Made by a program: the position numbers and the translations under genes. The notes beneath the pieces are model-generated. The model was not told the origin of the DNA. It worked only from the letters and a program-made list of their open reading frames with translations, and did no database searches. Of a stretch of 28,687 nt of DNA, positions 23,621-28,687 are shown in pieces (within the stretch, counting starts at the first letter, position 1; each line of letters begins with the position of its first letter). Source of the stretch: a virus (taxonomy: Duplodnaviria > Heunggongvirae > Uroviricota > Caudoviricetes); the IMG/VR virus record IMGVR_UViG_3300046820_000635. The stretch is one strand, 5' to 3'.

Positions 23621-23892
23621 AATTTTTCGATATTACCAACGAAAGTGATTTTCTAAAAATCAGAGAGTTGGCTCCTGCTATGGCTCCCGCTGGTCCGGGA
23701 GTTGCTCCAACAGCCCCTGGTGCAGCACCTGCACCCGGAGTACAACCCGTCGTTGATCCGGCAGCACAGGCTAAGATGGCAGCAGCACAGGCCAAGGATC
23801 TAATGGATAGAAAGAAACAGGTACAAGATCAGATCAAACAAACTGAACAACAGTTGCAAGATCTAAGAAAACAACTGGCAGAACTAGGATGA
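23617..23892 (+). CDS. Pro/Ala-rich protein with a C-terminal coiled coil (91 aa)
   Basis: ATGA overlaps at both ends. Confidence 0.8.
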   Translation: MKFFDITNESDFLKIRELAPAMAPAGPGVAPTAPGAAPAPGVQPVVDPAAQAKMAAAQAKDLMDRKKQVQDQIKQTEQQLQDLRKQLAELG

Positions 23893-24272
23893 GAATATTT
23901 GAGTTTGCAGATAGAGGCGTTGAGAAATATATTATTGTTCTCAGAAACCTTATTGGCCGTGCTTCTAGTAGAAAAGCTCCAGCTAAATTAAACTGGGGCG
24001 GTCTTAATAGACTTGTTGGATCTACCGGTAATGAAGTTACAGCTGACTATGAAACATTCAAAGCCATGTACGACTCAACACCTGCATTACAAACTCTTGT
24101 AAAAGATTTTAATCAAAACGGTATTGAACTCAACGTGCCCGGAGCTCCGGAAGAAGCTCCAAAAGCTAGCGGTACAGCACAACCTCAAGACAGTCAAGCA
24201 GCAGTTGATCAAACAGCAGCATCGGCAGCAGCCGGACAGTTAGCACAAAGCCAAACTACTCCCCAGGTTTGA
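23889..24272 (+). CDS. Hypothetical protein (127 aa)
   Basis: ATGA overlap with the upstream gene; Ala/Gln-rich tail. Confidence 0.8.
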   Translation: MRIFEFADRGVEKYIIVLRNLIGRASSRKAPAKLNWGGLNRLVGSTGNEVTADYETFKAMYDSTPALQTLVKDFNQNGIELNVPGAPEEAPKASGTAQPQDSQAAVDQTAASAAAGQLAQSQTTPQV

Positions 24273-24297
24273 CTATTAGTTTGTTATCCTGTAATAT
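24269..24297 (+). promoter_or_regulatory. sigma70 promoter TTGACT-17-TAATAT for the exonuclease
   Basis: -35 at 24269-24274, -10 at 24292-24297; ATG 7 nt downstream. Confidence 0.75.
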
Positions 24298-24304
24298 ATA
24301 CAGG

Positions 24305-25009
24305 ATGACAACAACTATTTTAACTCCTCCACCATTTATAGAAAAGTTTCAGTACAAAGGCTGTAAACAAATCAACGATCCTGTAACACGCAAACGTGTA
24401 TATCAAACTCCAGACGGAGAATGTTTACCTAGCGTTACAACTATCCTTTCAGCAACAAAGGATATGACGCATCTAAATGAATGGAAGAAGCGAGTAGGCG
24501 AACAAAAAGCACAACAAATCACAACGGAAGCCGCAGGCATAGGTACCGCAATGCACGGCAATCTAGAGCGGTTTTGTGCAGGATTAGAGCGCCTTCCAGG
24601 ACAACATCCTGTTCAGGTACAAGCACATAAGATGGCTGATGTTATTATCGATAACGGACTCAGCAAGGTAAATGAAATCTGGGCAATGGAACAGAGTCTT
24701 TACTTTCCCGGTTTGTTCTCGGGTACAACTGACTTGGTTGGTGTACACGAAGGCGAACCGGCTGTAATGGATTATAAGCAGACAAACAAGCCAAAAAAAT
24801 CAGAGTGGGTGGAAGATTACTACCTACAGCTTATGGCCTATATATTAGCACATAATGAAGTCTACGGTACAGACATTCGTAAAGGTGTTATTTTTATGTG
24901 CAGTAGAGATTTTCAATACCAACAGTTTACACTAGAGCCAAAAGACTTTAATAAATGGCAGGATGCATGGCTCAACAAAGTAGAGGAATACTACAGTCAA
25001 GCTAGATAA
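24305..25009 (+). CDS. PD-(D/E)xK exonuclease (RecB/Cas4-like phage family), 234 aa
   Basis: LPSVTTIL, GTAMHGNLE, GTTDLV, DYKQT, YYLQLMAY. Start re-called at ATG 24305. Confidence 0.88.
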   Translation: MTTTILTPPPFIEKFQYKGCKQINDPVTRKRVYQTPDGECLPSVTTILSATKDMTHLNEWKKRVGEQKAQQITTEAAGIGTAMHGNLERFCAGLERLPGQHPVQVQAHKMADVIIDNGLSKVNEIWAMEQSLYFPGLFSGTTDLVGVHEGEPAVMDYKQTNKPKKSEWVEDYYLQLMAYILAHNEVYGTDIRKGVIFMCSRDFQYQQFTLEPKDFNKWQDAWLNKVEEYYSQAR

Positions 25010-25032
25010 ATATCCTATAACAGGAAAAATAT

Positions 25033-26637
25033 ATGGCTGTCGTACAGATAAGTAAAATCCAGATCCGTAGAGGTCTAAAAAACTCGGGAATAGGTGTCCC
25101 TCAGCTAAGTTCTGCTGAAATGGCATGGGCTATTGATAGTCAAGAACTATACATCGGAAATGGCAGTATTGCAGAAGGCGCTCCCTATGTTGGTAACACA
25201 AAGATACTGACAGAAAACGATAATCTGTTGAGCCTAGCATCTAGTTATACTTTTGGTTATACTGATCCTTCTATCAACTTAGCCTTACCTCGTAGTATTC
25301 AAAGCAAACTAGACGAGATACAGGTCAGTGTTGCTGATTACGGTGCAATAGGCGACGGTTCTACAGACTGTGTAGAAGCATTTACAAACGCAGTGACCGA
25401 GTTATTTAGAAACACAAATCCTGATTATAAAAAAGTTTTACTGGTACCCAACGGTGAATACTTGTTCTTGTCCGACCTAAAGATTCCTAGCGGAACTATC
25501 GTTAGAGGCGAGACTAAGTTAAACACTGTATTGCTAATCAATGACAATAACATTCTATTTGTCACAAGCGAAGGACTAGAAGTTGCAGACTTTAACAGTA
25601 GCAATCGTCCTACTAATATCGAGATTTCAAACTTAACTGTACAACGACAAGCTGGCGAAACAGTGTTCACTGGAGTTTCTGATTCTAAAATAGAGAATGT
25701 GAGATTTGTTGGAGAGTATTCGTTGGGTAACACTATCGGATCCTTAGTATCTCAGGCCAGTGCAGTATTTTGGGAAAACAGTCTAGCAGGAACTAGAACA
25801 ACAGGACTGAAGTTTATCAACTGTGAGTTTGACAGCAATGCTGTAGCAGTTAGATGCGACAACTACGTTGTAGATTCAACTAGCCCTCCTGTGTTTAGAA
25901 CAGACATACTGTTTGATTCCTGCACCTTTGCAGCCGTTGACACGGCGGTATTCGTTACTACAGATGCTCTATTAATCAGTCAAGGCAATGATTGGAAGTT
26001 TAACGACTGTCTATTTGAAGAAGTTGCAAATCGTGCAATCTATACAACTGGCCCAGGAAGAGGCACTCTAGTAAATCGTTGTACGTTTAAAAACTGCGGT
26101 AACGGTATTGGGTCTGCTGGTAACCCAACAGTTGAAATCATAGCCTTTGGAGACCAGTTAGGTAACGTAGTAACTGACTGCTCGTTCAACAGACATCAAA
26201 ATGCTTCTGTAGTTTCTCTTAATACTATCAAAGCAATATCCGAAGTAGTTAATGCAGCCAATGTTTCTATTGTTGATAAGAACTCTTCAGATATCTATCT
26301 ATCGGACAGCTTAAGAACTTTAGCAGTATTTTCTGCTCATAATAAGTTTACCACGATTGACTATACATTGAGATTGAGTTCTCATGTTAGACACGGACAG
26401 ATTAACATAACCATCGACGATGACTATTCGTCAGCATCCCTATCTGATAACTATCAGTATTCGGCATCAACTATTACAGCACCAGGAGGAGCACTAATGA
26501 CTAACTTTGAATTTGCAGTGGAACTCAGAGATAACGACGCAGACAGCGGCGTTGAAACACTAGTGCTTTATTATAAGAACCCACTAGCGACAGGAGCCAC
26601 TGGAACTATTTCCTATAGTGTGGCTTACGGTGTTTGA
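25033..26637 (+). CDS. Tail fibre/tailspike-like protein with a pectate-lyase-3-type beta-helix (534 aa)
   Basis: N-terminal QISKIQIRRG...AEMAWAIDSQELYIGNG module; VSVADYGAIGDGSTD...LLVPNGEY beta-helix start; TAAATA at 25007-25012. Confidence 0.75.
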   Translation: MAVVQISKIQIRRGLKNSGIGVPQLSSAEMAWAIDSQELYIGNGSIAEGAPYVGNTKILTENDNLLSLASSYTFGYTDPSINLALPRSIQSKLDEIQVSVADYGAIGDGSTDCVEAFTNAVTELFRNTNPDYKKVLLVPNGEYLFLSDLKIPSGTIVRGETKLNTVLLINDNNILFVTSEGLEVADFNSSNRPTNIEISNLTVQRQAGETVFTGVSDSKIENVRFVGEYSLGNTIGSLVSQASAVFWENSLAGTRTTGLKFINCEFDSNAVAVRCDNYVVDSTSPPVFRTDILFDSCTFAAVDTAVFVTTDALLISQGNDWKFNDCLFEEVANRAIYTTGPGRGTLVNRCTFKNCGNGIGSAGNPTVEIIAFGDQLGNVVTDCSFNRHQNASVVSLNTIKAISEVVNAANVSIVDKNSSDIYLSDSLRTLAVFSAHNKFTTIDYTLRLSSHVRHGQINITIDDDYSSASLSDNYQYSASTITAPGGALMTNFEFAVELRDNDADSGVETLVLYYKNPLATGATGTISYSVAYGV

Positions 26638-27055
26638 TCTATACGGACACAATAGACTAACAACTTGGAAAGAATTTAGGGACAGCTTAGAAGTAAGTGA
26701 CACTCCGTTAGAAGATGTTGTTTTACTTTGGAGCCGCGCCCCATTTGTTAGTCCATATCTCAACCCGGAAAACGCTTCCGAATGGCCCGATCCATGGCAT
26801 TTAGTACTTGATAATAAGTACGACGACCTTGCTATTGCTCTCGGAATGTTATACACTATTAAATTAACACAGCGGTTTATGACCAGCGTTTGTGAGATAC
26901 ATACGTCTATGCTTTCTGATGAAAAGCAACCTAGATATTTTCTAGTTGTTGATCATAAGCATGTTTTAAACTTTGAATATAAAACGGTACTTGACATTAA
27001 AGACTTGGATAATATCCAAGCCAGGCTGATATGGTCAAAAACTGATGCGTTATAA
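26630..27055 (+). CDS. Hypothetical protein (about 141 aa)
   Basis: ORF track gives 26618; GTG 26630, overlapping the upstream stop, is a plausible start. Confidence 0.75.
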   Translation: MFDLYGHNRLTTWKEFRDSLEVSDTPLEDVVLLWSRAPFVSPYLNPENASEWPDPWHLVLDNKYDDLAIALGMLYTIKLTQRFMTSVCEIHTSMLSDEKQPRYFLVVDHKHVLNFEYKTVLDIKDLDNIQARLIWSKTDAL

Positions 27056-27058
27056 ATA
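27051..27058 (+). promoter_or_regulatory. TATAAATA box upstream of nrdA
   Basis: Exact T4 late consensus 33 nt before the ATG; GAGG SD at 27083-27086. Confidence 0.7.
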
Positions 27059-27091
27059 TCAGTCTAGAAGAAATATAACATTGAGGCGTAG

Positions 27092-28687
27092 ATGGAAATC
27101 ACAGTCATTAAGAGAAATGGAAATAAAGAGCCGCTGGCAGTCGAAAAGTGGCAAGCGCAGATTGCAAAAGTCTGTAAGGGTATAGCAGATGTAAGTCAGT
27201 CGATGATTGAAATCAAAAGTCAACCGCACTTTTATGATGGGATTACAACCAAAGAAATAGATGAAATCACACTAAGAGCGATTGTCAATCTTATTGATGT
27301 GGAATCAAACCCAGACATCTGTAATACCAACTATCAATACGTAGCAGGCAAACAACGCCTTAGCATGTTGCGTAAAGACGTGTACGGAGATTATAAACCT
27401 CCTCACTTATACGATATTGTAAAGAAAAATGTAGAGATTGGTCTGTACACTCCGGAACTACTTGAGTGGTACACAGAGGACGATTGGAACCGCATGAATG
27501 AAATGCTGGACCATGAGAAAGACGAAGAGTATTCTTATGCAGCGATTGAACAACTGATTGAAAAATATTTGGTTAAAAACCGTGCTACAAAGGAAATCTA
27601 TGAAACTCCGCAGATTAGATATATGGTCGCGGCCGCTACTGTATTTCACAAAGAAGAACCGAACTCAGCGAGAATGCGCTACATCAAAGAGTACTACAAT
27701 GCGGCTAGTGATGGCCTGTTTACTCTTGCTACACCTGTGCTTGCTGGCTTGGGGACTCCTACAAAACAGTTTAGTTCTTGCGTTCTTATCCGCAGTGACG
27801 ATGATTTGGACAGTATATTTGCTAGTGGTGAAATGATGGCCAAGTATGCTAGTAAACGTGCTGGCATTGGTTTGGAGATTGGACGTCTACGCTCATTAGG
27901 ATCTCCCATCAGAGGTGGAGAGATTCAACACACAGGTATGATACCATTCCTGAAAAAATGGTTCGGTGATTTAAGGAGTTGTTCACAAGGTGGAATTCGC
28001 AACGCATCTGCTACTGTCTTTTATCCCATTTGGCATCATCAGTTTGATGATCTCATTGTTCTCAAGAACAACCAAGGTACAGAAGAGACACGAGTACGAC
28101 ACATGGACTACGGGGTTGTGCTCTCGGCGTTCTTCTGGCGTAGATTTAAAAACAAAGAGAACATAACGTTCTTCGATCCTAACGAAGTACCGGATTTATA
28201 CGAAGCATTCTATAAAGACACTGCTAAGTTTGAAGAGCTATATGTTAAGTATGAAAAGCAATCAGGTCTGCGTAAAAAGACTATGAGCGCAGAAGAAGTG
28301 TTCAAGGGTGGTATTCTAAAAGAACGCACGGACACAGGTCGAATATATCTTGTATTCATTGATAATGTAATGAACCAAGGACCTTTTGATCCAGAGTATC
28401 ACACGATTTATCAAAGTAACTTGTGCTGTGAGATCTTATTACCCACACGTCCATTCAAACGATTAGACGACGATGCTGGACGCATAGCGTTATGTACACT
28501 GGGATCTATCAACTGGGGTGCGTTCCGAAACCCAGAGGATATGCGTAGAGCCTGTAGGATTCTACACCGTAGCCTGAATAACATCCTTGACTATCAAGAC
28601 TTCTTGAGCATTCAGAGCAAGTTGTCAAACGATGAAATCCGTCCGTTGGGTATCGGTGTTACTAACCTAGCCTATTGGCATGCCAAA
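27092..28687 (+). CDS. nrdA: Ribonucleoside-diphosphate reductase class Ia alpha subunit, partial (runs off the window; absent from the ORF track)
   Basis: N-terminal ATP cone (VIKRNG), TPTKQFSSCVL, SQGGIRNASA, YQSNLCCEI (thiyl-radical Cys), LCTLGSINW. Open for 532 codons to the window edge. Confidence 0.96.
   Translation, partial: MEITVIKRNGNKEPLAVEKWQAQIAKVCKGIADVSQSMIEIKSQPHFYDGITTKEIDEITLRAIVNLIDVESNPDICNTNYQYVAGKQRLSMLRKDVYGDYKPPHLYDIVKKNVEIGLYTPELLEWYTEDDWNRMNEMLDHEKDEEYSYAAIEQLIEKYLVKNRATKEIYETPQIRYMVAAATVFHKEEPNSARMRYIKEYYNAASDGLFTLATPVLAGLGTPTKQFSSCVLIRSDDDLDSIFASGEMMAKYASKRAGIGLEIGRLRSLGSPIRGGEIQHTGMIPFLKKWFGDLRSCSQGGIRNASATVFYPIWHHQFDDLIVLKNNQGTEETRVRHMDYGVVLSAFFWRRFKNKENITFFDPNEVPDLYEAFYKDTAKFEELYVKYEKQSGLRKKTMSAEEVFKGGILKERTDTGRIYLVFIDNVMNQGPFDPEYHTIYQSNLCCEILLPTRPFKRLDDDAGRIALCTLGSINWGAFRNPEDMRRACRILHRSLNNILDYQDFLSIQSKLSNDEIRPLGIGVTNLAYWHAK

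Noticed and set aside
1187-27909. Numerous 60-170 aa ORFs antisense to or nested in ligase, MTase, structural genes, terC, GNAT and nrdA
   Set aside because: They are shadows of well-supported genes, with no SD, promoter or recognisable motif.
27092-28687. Intron or intein in nrdA
   Set aside because: The frame is continuous and the conserved motifs are normally spaced in the visible part.
1-28687. tRNA genes, integrase/transposase, stop-codon reassignment
   Set aside because: No cloverleaf with a T-loop consensus was seen in intergenic gaps, no recombinase motifs were found, and all genes are intact under the standard bacterial code.

Overview
This 28.7-kb window is a segment of a large dsDNA tailed-phage genome (myovirus-like, with T4-type TAAATA/TATAAATA late-promoter boxes), not a cellular chromosome. 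Bases 1-5125 form a minus-strand block with host sigma70-type promoters ahead of most units: small hypothetical genes, an ATP-dependent DNA ligase, a Dam/D12-class adenine methyltransferase coupled to a putative PD-(D/E)xK nuclease, and an HNH protein. Bases 5219-18089 are rich in host-derived accessory genes: NAD-dependent epimerase, clpP, a cupin, 5-aminolevulinate synthase (hemA), a secreted SNase, a TerC-family gene behind a clear yybP-ykoY (Mn2+) riboswitch, a HAD nucleotidase, a fatty-acid desaturase, and a GNAT/phasin-like cluster. This region also holds a HiPIP-like Cys protein, an unannotated 52-aa metallothionein-like ORF and a candidate structured ncRNA. Bases 18252-27055 are a plus-strand, TAAATA-driven block of probable virion proteins, including an adjacent Pol-beta nucleotidyltransferase and RNA-ligase-like pair, an exonuclease and a beta-helix tail protein. 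The window ends in a partial class Ia nrdA. Most notable: the riboswitch wired to a phage promoter, the metal-binding mini-proteins, the NTase/ligase pair with capsid-targeting-like N-termini, the orphan structured RNA, and a recurring promoter-inside-hairpin architecture. All family calls come from motif recognition by eye; no database searches were run.
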